This document shows positions 52,052 through 59,682 of a DNA stretch of 64,000 nucleotides, piece by piece. Positions within the stretch are counted from its first letter, which is position 1. Each line of letters starts with the position of its first letter. The notes under the pieces were generated by a model, which was given only the letters and a program-made list of their open reading frames with translations, was not told where the DNA came from and ran no database searches. The translations under genes and the position numbers were made by a program. Source of the DNA: a virus. Location: the IMG/VR virus record IMGVR_UViG_3300009441_000008, positions 5,005 to 69,004 of that record. One strand, given 5' to 3'.

Positions 52052-52423
52052 TTAATTAACTGAAATTGTTCTTTGTGACTTTTTCTTCTTGGTTTTTGGT
52101 AGTAACACCCGTAAAACACCATCTTCAACCTTAGCGGTTATCTTCTTATCGTCTACATTTTCAGGTAAATCAAATACCCTACCAAATGAATTAACATACT
52201 TTGAGGTCTCTTCCGTCTTTTCGTGTGAAATTTTTAATTGGTTTTCCTCCACAACTATTGATATGTCTGATTTACTCAAACCAGGTACAATAAATTCAAC
52301 TAAATGTTGATTATCATCATAAGATTGATTCCACATAACTTGACCGTGTGTTTCACTTTCCTCTGCAATATCAAAGAAATTGTCCACCATTTTAAAGAAT
52401 GGGTCATTTTTAAATACTAACAT
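52052..52423 (-). CDS. Small heat-shock protein (Hsp20)
   Basis: PGLSKSDISI; F.R.F.LP..VD...I.A..EDGVL.V.LPK. Confidence 0.9.
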   Translation of the reverse strand: MLVFKNDPFFKMVDNFFDIAEESETHGQVMWNQSYDDNQHLVEFIVPGLSKSDISIVVEENQLKISHEKTEETSKYVNSFGRVFDLPENVDDKKITAKVEDGVLRVLLPKTKKKKSQRTISVN

Positions 52424-52595
52424 AATTTAACGTTTTTTTTATTTATTATTAATTCTCCTATTACAATATGAGTACCATTTTATGATATATGACATTTTGT
52501 CGGTATATCATAAAAAATCATGACTAAATGTCTTTTTAAAATAGATTTGACTTTTTGTATGATTTTCGTTATGTTTATACAAAACCTTATAATAT

Positions 52596-54611
52596 ATGTC
52601 TGTAGAATTTTTTGAAGAGGGAGCACCTCAACAACAACGTAAAGGAAAGAAGGGGAGTTCAACTCCTATTTTAGATAATTTTTCAAGAGATTTAATTAAA
52701 CTTGCTGAACAAGGTTTAATCGATCCAATAATCGGTCGTGATAAAGAAGTTAAACGTATTGCTCAAATTCTCTCAAGGAAAAAGAAGAATAATACCATTA
52801 TTGTTGGAGATGCGGGGGTTGGGAAATCAGCGTTAGTAGAAAAACTTGCACTTATGATTAATGATGGGACATGTCCCACTAATCTAATAGATAAACGTAT
52901 AATGTCCCTTGATTTAACATCATTAGTTGCGGGAACTAAGTACCGAGGTCAGTTTGAGGAAAGAATTAAGGCAATATTAAATGAATTACAAGACGCACCA
53001 AATGTAATTGTATTCATAGATGAAATTCATACAATGGTCGGTGCGGGAAATGCATCAGGATCAATGGACGCCGCAAATATTCTTAAACCAGCATTAGCGA
53101 GGGGTGAAATACAATGTATCGGAGCAACTACATTTGATGAATACAAGAAGAATATTGAAAAAGATAGTGCATTGGTTAGACGATTTCAAAAGATCATCCT
53201 AACTGAACCAACTACAGATGAAACAATAGATATTCTAAAAAACCTAAAAGATTCTTATGAGGATTATCACATGGTCGAATACCAAGATAATGTCATTGAA
53301 ACAATCGTTAGTTTATCTAAAAGATACATTACAGATAAACAGTTCCCTGATAAGGCAATAGATATTCTTGATGAATTAGGTTCTGAAAAGAAAATTAATG
53401 TGAAAATTCCCGCTATTATCGAAAAACTGAGAAACCAATCAGATCTAATTAAGTTGGATAAACAAGAAATGGTTAGGAATCAAGATTATGAGAAAGCGGC
53501 GGAACTAAGAGATAATGAGAAAAAGGTCATTAAGAAATTAGAGTCCGAAAAGAAAAAGTGGAGTGTTGAACAAAAGTTAAATAAGAAACCTGTTATTATT
53601 GATGATGTATATAATATCATAACCGAGATGACGGGTGTCCCAATCACTAAACTTGACACAAAAGAGACTAAGAACCTTCTATCATTAGAAAAGACAATAT
53701 CTAAGAATGTTATAGGTCAGGATAATGCGGTTGAGATTATCTCCAAATCAATTAGACGGAACCGTGTCGGTGTTAGAGGTTCTAACAAACCAATTGGGTC
53801 ATTTATGTTTTTAGGATCAACAGGTGTTGGTAAAACACACTTAGCAAAAACATTAGCTAAAACCTTATTTGGTGATCCTGATAAAATTGTTAGGGTGGAT
53901 ATGAGTGAGTTTATGGAGAAACACAACGTTTCTAAACTTATTGGGTCTCCTCCTGGTTATGTTGGATTTGATGAAGGTGGACAACTTACTGAGAAGATTA
54001 AGAACAACCCATTTTCTGTTGTCTTATTTGATGAGATAGAAAAAGGTCATAAGGATGTCTTCAACCTATTACTACAGATATTAGATGAAGGTCACCTAAC
54101 AGATTCGTTTGGTAGAAAAATTAATTTCACGAACACATTAATAATCATGACATCTAATATAGGTGCTAAGAAAGTTTCTGAATTTGGTGGTGGAATTGGA
54201 TTTAGTGATGATAGTAATAACGAAAAGATTAAAGATTCAATTATTAGAAAGTCTTTAAAGAATCAATTTTCACCTGAATTCCTAAATAGAATTGACGATG
54301 TAATTGTTTTTGACAAATTAGATAATAAATCACTAAAGAAAATCGTTCAAATTGAATTAGACCATTTAGGTAAAAGACTTTTGGAGAGTAACTACGAAAT
54401 TACATTTCATAAATCAGTCGTTGATGAAATCATAAACCGTAATTCTGAGGAAGAGTATGGTGCAAGACCCATAAAACGAATTATTCAGAACCTATGTGAG
54501 GATTTTATTAGTGATAAAATTTTAACGGGTGATATCACGAAAGAGATGGGTATTATATTAAAAATAAAAGAGGGTAATTTAGAAATTCTAAAAAATACCC
54601 CCCTTATTTAG
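52596..54611 (+). CDS. clpC: ClpC-type AAA+ unfoldase lacking the N-terminal domain
   Basis: Two Walker A motifs (GDAGVGKS, GSTGVGKT), KYRG and GYVG pore loops, UVR-like QDYEKAAELRD, IGF ClpP-docking loop. Confidence 0.9.
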   Translation: MSVEFFEEGAPQQQRKGKKGSSTPILDNFSRDLIKLAEQGLIDPIIGRDKEVKRIAQILSRKKKNNTIIVGDAGVGKSALVEKLALMINDGTCPTNLIDKRIMSLDLTSLVAGTKYRGQFEERIKAILNELQDAPNVIVFIDEIHTMVGAGNASGSMDAANILKPALARGEIQCIGATTFDEYKKNIEKDSALVRRFQKIILTEPTTDETIDILKNLKDSYEDYHMVEYQDNVIETIVSLSKRYITDKQFPDKAIDILDELGSEKKINVKIPAIIEKLRNQSDLIKLDKQEMVRNQDYEKAAELRDNEKKVIKKLESEKKKWSVEQKLNKKPVIIDDVYNIITEMTGVPITKLDTKETKNLLSLEKTISKNVIGQDNAVEIISKSIRRNRVGVRGSNKPIGSFMFLGSTGVGKTHLAKTLAKTLFGDPDKIVRVDMSEFMEKHNVSKLIGSPPGYVGFDEGGQLTEKIKNNPFSVVLFDEIEKGHKDVFNLLLQILDEGHLTDSFGRKINFTNTLIIMTSNIGAKKVSEFGGGIGFSDDSNNEKIKDSIIRKSLKNQFSPEFLNRIDDVIVFDKLDNKSLKKIVQIELDHLGKRLLESNYEITFHKSVVDEIINRNSEEEYGARPIKRIIQNLCEDFISDKILTGDITKEMGIILKIKEGNLEILKNTPLI

Positions 54612-54654
54612 TTAAAAACTTGACTTTTTCGGTTTTTATATATATTTATACATT

Positions 54655-54760
54655 CAAGGTTATCTTTGCCGATACACCTTTTCGTTTTTCACGTTAATAT
54701 CGGTGGTGTTGAAACCACTGTAGACCAAAAACCCCAGCAACCTTGTTGGGGTTTTATTTT
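54655..54760 (+). ncRNA. Candidate small RNA A
   Basis: TTGACT at 54620 and TATTTATA at 54643-54650 upstream; two hairpins, then a terminator at 54727-54760; no ORF. Confidence 0.55.
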
Positions 54761-54761
54761 T

Positions 54762-55643
54762 TTATAGACTTAATAACATATCAATAAGTTCCTGTTGTGG
54801 AAACATATCGGATTTATCTTTACGTGTATTGGTGTGTGTCCACAATCCTTTGACTCTACCATAATAAGCATCATCTTGAAATTCAAATGCCGACACACCT
54901 ATCTTACGAATAAGATCAGGTAAACCTTTACGTACGTCAATACCGTCTCTTTCTGATACCCAAAGAATCCATTTATGTAGTGACTCAATTTGTTTGTCAG
55001 AATATCTGTGCCAATCCTTATAACCTCTAAATGGTTGTGATAATGTAACTATTTGATCATCAGCAACTCTTGTTCCTGCGTATGTTTTACCATTCTTTAC
55101 GTATCCAAAGTTACATGTTTCGATAGCAACTGAATGTTCGTGCATGTACTGTGATCCATTTTTACCTAAGTGCCAACCATATGACCCCTCAGGAAATGAT
55201 TGTACAACTTCACCATCGTATTTGTTGTCATTCCCTTTAACGGATTGTCCACCTAATACGAATTCAGTAGCCACCGCACCTCTATTGTCTCGACCCCAAG
55301 AATCAATACAGTTATATGGGTTATTCCAACCCGCAGTGTGATGTATGAATACATACTCCTTATTTGTTGGTCCCGTTTTATATTGACCCACAGGTAAATG
55401 ATGTCTATTAATTATTAATCCGTTTTCTGTTGTGAATACCTTCTCCGAATTGTCAGTAGTAGCCAAACCCATAGCATCCCAAGTGGCAGGACCGACAATA
55501 CCGTCAGAGTCCAAACCATTATCAGACTGCCATTTTTTAACAGATCCCTCAGTTCCTTTACCAAAGACCCCATCTGCATGTATACCCAAGTATTCTTGTA
55601 GGTCTTTAACTTCATTCCCTCGTGTTCCATTTTTTAATAACAT
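54762..55643 (-). CDS. Endolysin: peptidoglycan-binding domain plus amidase_2-like domain
   Basis: V..LQ..LG..ADG.FG..T..VK.WQ...GL..DGIVGP.TW; IHHTAG; HTN..KDK.D. Confidence 0.85.
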   Translation of the reverse strand: MLLKNGTRGNEVKDLQEYLGIHADGVFGKGTEGSVKKWQSDNGLDSDGIVGPATWDAMGLATTDNSEKVFTTENGLIINRHHLPVGQYKTGPTNKEYVFIHHTAGWNNPYNCIDSWGRDNRGAVATEFVLGGQSVKGNDNKYDGEVVQSFPEGSYGWHLGKNGSQYMHEHSVAIETCNFGYVKNGKTYAGTRVADDQIVTLSQPFRGYKDWHRYSDKQIESLHKWILWVSERDGIDVRKGLPDLIRKIGVSAFEFQDDAYYGRVKGLWTHTNTRKDKSDMFPQQELIDMLLSL

Positions 55644-55668
55644 GTTCTTTAATTATTATACCTTAAAT

Positions 55669-55914
55669 TTATTGTTCTCCTTGTTCTCCACCTTTTTTCC
55701 CAAAGATTTTACCTACCTCAGCAATACCGAAAGATCCAAGAGTAATAACAACGAACGAATTATAAATAAATTCGTTTATAACAAGGTCCTTACCAAAGTA
55801 CCCCGTTAATAAATCTGCAACTGCAAATATTACCATAATTGCAAATGATGCGAAACCAACCACCGACTTCTCGTTGATATTATTCTCATCTTTAAAAATG
55901 TCTTTGAATGCCAT
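55669..55914 (-). CDS. Holin-like two-TM membrane protein
   Basis: Two hydrophobic segments; directly upstream of the endolysin; late motif upstream. Confidence 0.55.
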   Translation of the reverse strand: MAFKDIFKDENNINEKSVVGFASFAIMVIFAVADLLTGYFGKDLVINEFIYNSFVVITLGSFGIAEVGKIFGKKGGEQGEQ

Positions 55915-56061
55915 AACTTTTAAATTTTAATTAATTTTATTTTTACTTACTAATAAATATCGTAAGATTTTGAAATATCATAGGATTGACTATATCAATT
56001 TTTTTGTTTATACTTACTATACTATCGTTCTTTGACATAAATTAAATTAAAACTATAAATT

Positions 56062-56385
56062 ATGGAAAATTTAGAATTCATTTTGGGTATGTTTACATCA
56101 ATTGGTGTGCTCGGTTTAGGGTATGTTATAGTAGGTATATTTAAGGTAAAACAACGTTCCAATAACTTCGAGGAAGTTATAAATGGAACACAATTAAATT
56201 TAGAAAGTGACCGTGCAGAATTCCATCTTAGGATGGACGGTATAACAAGAGACTTACATAAAGAAGTCGAAGATATCTATCGTCATATTGACAGTAGGTT
56301 TGATAAGTTCGAGAATAGGTTAACTAAGATCGATAAGGATGGGTGTGAACCCGTAAAAACATCTAAACAACTATTGACTGATTAG
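56062..56385 (+). CDS. Membrane-anchored coiled-coil protein
   Basis: N-terminal TM segment; IDSRFDKFE coiled coil. Confidence 0.6.
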   Translation: MENLEFILGMFTSIGVLGLGYVIVGIFKVKQRSNNFEEVINGTQLNLESDRAEFHLRMDGITRDLHKEVEDIYRHIDSRFDKFENRLTKIDKDGCEPVKTSKQLLTD

Positions 56386-56411
56386 TCATAAATAAAGTTA
56401 AAGACGATAGT

Positions 56412-56440
56412 AGACCTCACAGAAATGTGGGGTTTTTTTG
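56412..56440 (+). terminator. Intrinsic terminator
   Basis: ACCTCACA-GAAA-TGTGGGGT followed by a T run. Confidence 0.75.
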
Positions 56441-56493
56441 TTTTATATGGGGAGGGTTGATTCAATAGATTTTTGTTCTTATATTATAATTAT

Positions 56494-56579
56494 GCCGTTG
56501 TGGTGGAATTGGTAGACACGAGGGACTTAAAATCCCTTGAACAGTAATGTTCGTGGCGGTTCGATCCCGCCCAACGGTA
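56494..56579 (+). tRNA. tRNA-Leu(TAA), CCA not encoded
   Basis: Acceptor GCCGTTG/CAACGGT; anticodon arm AGGGA-CTTAAAA-TCCCT; long variable arm; GGCGG-TTCGATC-CCGCC. Confidence 0.95.
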
Positions 56580-56585
56580 CTAATG

Positions 56586-56672
56586 AGAGAGGTAGTGAAG
56601 CTACAATGATATAGAAAAAGGTAAGGGTTAACCTCTATATCGTAGTAACCCCGAAAGACCCGAAACCTCTCT
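56586..56672 (+). ncRNA. Candidate pseudoknotted structured RNA between the tRNAs
   Basis: Nested stems AGAGAGGT/ACCTCTCT, CTAC/GTAG, GATATAGA/TCTATATC; loop GGGTTA complementary to TAACCC. Confidence 0.5.
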
Positions 56673-56680
56673 TTTTTAAT

Positions 56681-56754
56681 GGACGAGTAGCTCAGCTGGA
56701 TAGAGCATCTCCCTTCTAAGGAGACGGTCATAGGTTCGAATCCTATCTCGTTCA
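56681..56754 (+). tRNA. tRNA-Arg(TCT), CCA not encoded
   Basis: GGACGAG/CTCGTTC; TCTCC-CTTCTAA-GGAGA; ATAGG-TTCGAAT-CCTAT. Confidence 0.95.
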
Positions 56755-56782
56755 CAATAAAATTATTTTAATACTTATTTTA

Positions 56783-56941
56783 ATGGGACTTATAAACAGA
56801 AACGGAATTATGGAACTACGGAAAAAACAACTAACATCTGAAATACTTAAATTAAAGAGTGATAAAACTCAAGATTCTAAATTAAGGATTCAGAAATTAC
56901 AACAACAACTTGACATAATCCAAAATGGGAAACACAAATAG
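56783..56941 (+). CDS. Small coiled-coil protein (52 aa, not in the ORF track)
   Basis: MGLINRNGIMELRKKQLTSEILKLK...GKHK; TACTTATT 3 nt upstream. Confidence 0.5.
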   Translation: MGLINRNGIMELRKKQLTSEILKLKSDKTQDSKLRIQKLQQQLDIIQNGKHK

Positions 56942-57104
56942 TGAACAATTAGAAGAACTATTATATAGAGCTCACAGGTTAGACATATTTGACGAGTTAC
57001 GTGATCGTGTGTCCGAACTATCCACCAAACCCACACCAACTAATATGTTAGAAAGATATGAGACGTGTTTTCGTCAAATTGTTGAGGAGAGATCACAACA
57101 ATAA
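56925..57104 (+). CDS. Small hypothetical protein (59 aa, not in the ORF track)
   Basis: MGNTNSEQLEELLYRAHRLDIFDELRDRV...RSQQ. Confidence 0.55.
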   Translation: MGNTNSEQLEELLYRAHRLDIFDELRDRVSELSTKPTPTNMLERYETCFRQIVEERSQQ

Positions 57105-57142
57105 CCTTTTTTTATCTTTTTATTTTTCGTATATTAATCAGT

Positions 57143-57808
57143 ATGAATACAATTACAGTTGTTTGTTCAACAAGATCAATAAACCAAGATTACGTTGACC
57201 ACGTCAGGAAATTCTTTTCCCACCCAAAAAACCAATATATCTTTGTAGAGAATAATGGTGATAAATCATTAACCGAAGTTTACAACCAAGGGATAGAAGA
57301 ATCTGAGAATGATATTGTTGTTTTCATTCATGATGATCTTGAGTTTGAAACTAAGAACTTAAACCCCAAAATAATTAAACTGATCGACCGTAAGCCTGAA
57401 TACGGGATAATCGGCTTAGCAGGTACGGACAATTTGATAAGTGGTATGTGGTGGAATGATAAGGACTCTATGCAAGGACAAGTTGGACACATTAATCGTG
57501 GTAAAAGGTACATGTCTAAGTATTCACCGTCGTTTGGTGATGACTTAAAAGAGGTTGTGGTAATCGATGGACTATTTATGATGGTACATAAGAGAAGGAT
57601 TAAACATCTTTTCAATGTAGATTTCGACGGTTTTCACTTCTACGATTTACCTATATGTTTGTTAAATTACATGGAAGGTATAAAAATTGGGGTGACAACT
57701 AAAATAAAACTATACCACCTTTCAATTGGAGAGGTAGATAAAAAATGGAAAAAGAGTAAATTATTCTTTGAGGCACTCTACGAGAAGTATTTACCTCTTA
57801 AAGTTTGA
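57143..57808 (+). CDS. GT-A glycosyltransferase-like protein
   Basis: YNQGI, VFIHDD, GIIGLAG, DGLFM, FHFYD. Confidence 0.8.
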   Translation: MNTITVVCSTRSINQDYVDHVRKFFSHPKNQYIFVENNGDKSLTEVYNQGIEESENDIVVFIHDDLEFETKNLNPKIIKLIDRKPEYGIIGLAGTDNLISGMWWNDKDSMQGQVGHINRGKRYMSKYSPSFGDDLKEVVVIDGLFMMVHKRRIKHLFNVDFDGFHFYDLPICLLNYMEGIKIGVTTKIKLYHLSIGEVDKKWKKSKLFFEALYEKYLPLKV

Positions 57809-57852
57809 CTTTCCATTCCTTTATGTGTATATTAGAGTATAAAACAATTATT

Positions 57853-58119
57853 ATGAAAAAAATCATCGCATTCTTTAAAAGACTATTTGGTGTTAAGGCA
57901 GAGGTTATTGTAATCCCCGAACCAACTAAAAAGAAAAGAAAACCAAGGAATAAAAGAAAACCTAAACCTAAGGTAACTGAGGATATGAAAAAACCAATCC
58001 TTAATGAAGAACCTAAGAAAAAAAGGAAACCAAGACCAAAAAGAAAACCAAAACCAAGAACTGATGGTGGAGAACCTTATGTGAGTGGTAGTGGAAGACA
58101 ACATCACAACAAAAAATAA
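57853..58119 (+). CDS. Very basic Lys/Arg/Pro-rich small protein
   Basis: Amphipathic MKKIIAFFKRLFG start; two EP.KKKRKPR.KRKPKP-like copies. Confidence 0.6.
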   Translation: MKKIIAFFKRLFGVKAEVIVIPEPTKKKRKPRNKRKPKPKVTEDMKKPILNEEPKKKRKPRPKRKPKPRTDGGEPYVSGSGRQHHNKK

Positions 58120-58121
58120 AT

Positions 58122-58520
58122 GGGGGTGAGTTGGCATTGATTGGCGTTGTCAATCGTACGGGGCACGTAGTCAAACTTCATCTATGACTTTAATCCATGA
58201 TGGAAATTTTCAGACGGCAACGTTTATAGTGAAATGGCAGTATTAGGTCTTGTATCTGATAATGTCGCAGTTAACGCATAACTAAGTTAGTGTTAACAAC
58301 GGGTCGGTGGACATATACCTTGGAACAGAAGTCCTTAAAGTGTGACACCACTTAAAAGTGTTAGAGGTGTAAGGTCGTCTCTTTAAATAAGGATTGGACC
58401 GAGGATGTTAGTTTCCTCTAAATAACTTTCTATTTCGAAGTGTTAGAAAATACTGTTCTAAACGTGTAGTCCTTTATGGGTGAGACGAACAAGACGCGGG
58501 TTCGACACCCGCCACCTCCA
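58122..58520 (+). ncRNA. ssrA: tmRNA
   Basis: Acceptor GGGGGTG/CACCTCC+A with a G3:U wobble (Ala identity); T-arm GCGGG-TTCGACA-CCCGC; about 400 nt; internal tag ORF at 58216-58281. Confidence 0.9.
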
Positions 58521-58522
58521 CA

Positions 58523-58551
58523 AAAGGGAATCGTAATGGTTCCCTTTTTTT
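58523..58551 (+). terminator. Intrinsic terminator after tmRNA
   Basis: AAAGGGAATC-GTAAT-GGTTCCCTTT followed by a T run. Confidence 0.8.
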
Positions 58552-58566
58552 ATGTATTTAAAAGTA

Positions 58567-58851
58567 ATGAAGTTACCTGTAGTAGTAGTTTATAAAACAA
58601 CATACCGTAAAAAAGAAAAGTTTCACTTAAAGGTGTTTAGAGATGTGTACGTTGATGATGTCATTAGTACGACCAAAAGAAAACCTTTAATACCTGAGGA
58701 TTCCGAAATAGTTGAAATTGGGGTGGGAAGTATTTTTGAGGAACGTTATATGAAAAAGTATAAGATCACTAAAACAATTAAAGAGGAAACGACCGCGGAG
58801 AAAACAATGAGAGAATTACAAACTATTGTAAACAAACAAAGAGGTCAATAG
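58567..58851 (+). CDS. Hypothetical basic protein
   Basis: ORF after the tmRNA terminator. Confidence 0.55.
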   Translation: MKLPVVVVYKTTYRKKEKFHLKVFRDVYVDDVISTTKRKPLIPEDSEIVEIGVGSIFEERYMKKYKITKTIKEETTAEKTMRELQTIVNKQRGQ

Positions 58852-58933
58852 ACCTCTCTGCCGAGATAAGTTTCACTCTCCTTTCCGTTAATAATCGTTT
58901 ATCAGTTTTAGACCGACCAAAGTCCCAACCTCT
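58830..58933 (-). ncRNA. Candidate small RNA B
   Basis: Late motif at 58937-58944 on -, just after the terminator (58956-58985) of the upstream operon; own terminator AGAGGTC-TATT-GACCTCT-TTGTTT; no convincing ORF. Confidence 0.5.
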
Positions 58934-59007
58934 TCTTATAAATATCAGTTAGATCAAAAAAAAACCCCACCGAAGTGAGGTTATTTGTTAAATTTTAAAC
59001 ATTCTTC

Positions 59008-59682
59008 CTATTCTTCTGATATTGAAGTTTTTAAATTGGATAAAGATCCTTTTATATCCGCATTACATATTTTTTCAGCAAGAACCTCCCCAACTGATGA
59101 TGATCTCAGATATTGCCCTAAAGTCTGTTTTACAAAGGTAAATGCTATTGATCCTTCTTCAGTATCGTATGTTAGATATTCCACCACACCTTCTATTACC
59201 GAATCCACTATAGCAGGACCGTGTTTTTCACAGTTACTACCACCCTTAAACAGACCAATTATCTCGTTTATTCCTAAATCAGCAAAACCCACGGCTAAAG
59301 CACTGGCCAATTGACCCTTAAATCCAATAAGACCAAACATTTTTTTAATTACATATCCCCTAACCTGAGACATGATACCACTTCCTGCTTTAGATGCGAT
59401 GTTGCCACCGGTCAGGTCGGTACCCTCACTATCAGAATCTTTATCACCACCTGGCATTAAATATTTTTTAAGATAGTCAGTTATACCTTCGTCAAGAGAA
59501 CCTTCAATCTCCTCATCAGATTTACCCTGATCTTCTAAATCCGCTAATGCTTGTATTGCATTATCTAATTTTTCTTGATCTGAGGTATCTTCGTTTTCTA
59601 AAATCAAAGAAAATGTTTTGTTCATGGTATATCTCTCATTTAGAGTTTTCCTTACCATTTCTTGTATTAGTTTCTTATTCAT
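59008..59682 (-). CDS. Hypothetical protein, possible ejected/internal protein
   Basis: MNKKLIQEMVRKTLNE leader; amphipathic helices. Confidence 0.6.
   Translation of the reverse strand: MNKKLIQEMVRKTLNERYTMNKTFSLILENEDTSDQEKLDNAIQALADLEDQGKSDEEIEGSLDEGITDYLKKYLMPGGDKDSDSEGTDLTGGNIASKAGSGIMSQVRGYVIKKMFGLIGFKGQLASALAVGFADLGINEIIGLFKGGSNCEKHGPAIVDSVIEGVVEYLTYDTEEGSIAFTFVKQTLGQYLRSSSVGEVLAEKICNADIKGSLSNLKTSISEE

Noticed and set aside
56462-56755. 97-aa minus-strand ORF
   Set aside because: Antisense shadow of the two tRNAs
58880-58910. CTGATAA...GAAA on the minus strand as a hammerhead ribozyme
   Set aside because: Core deviates from CUGAnGA, stem II barely pairs, and stems I and III were not found
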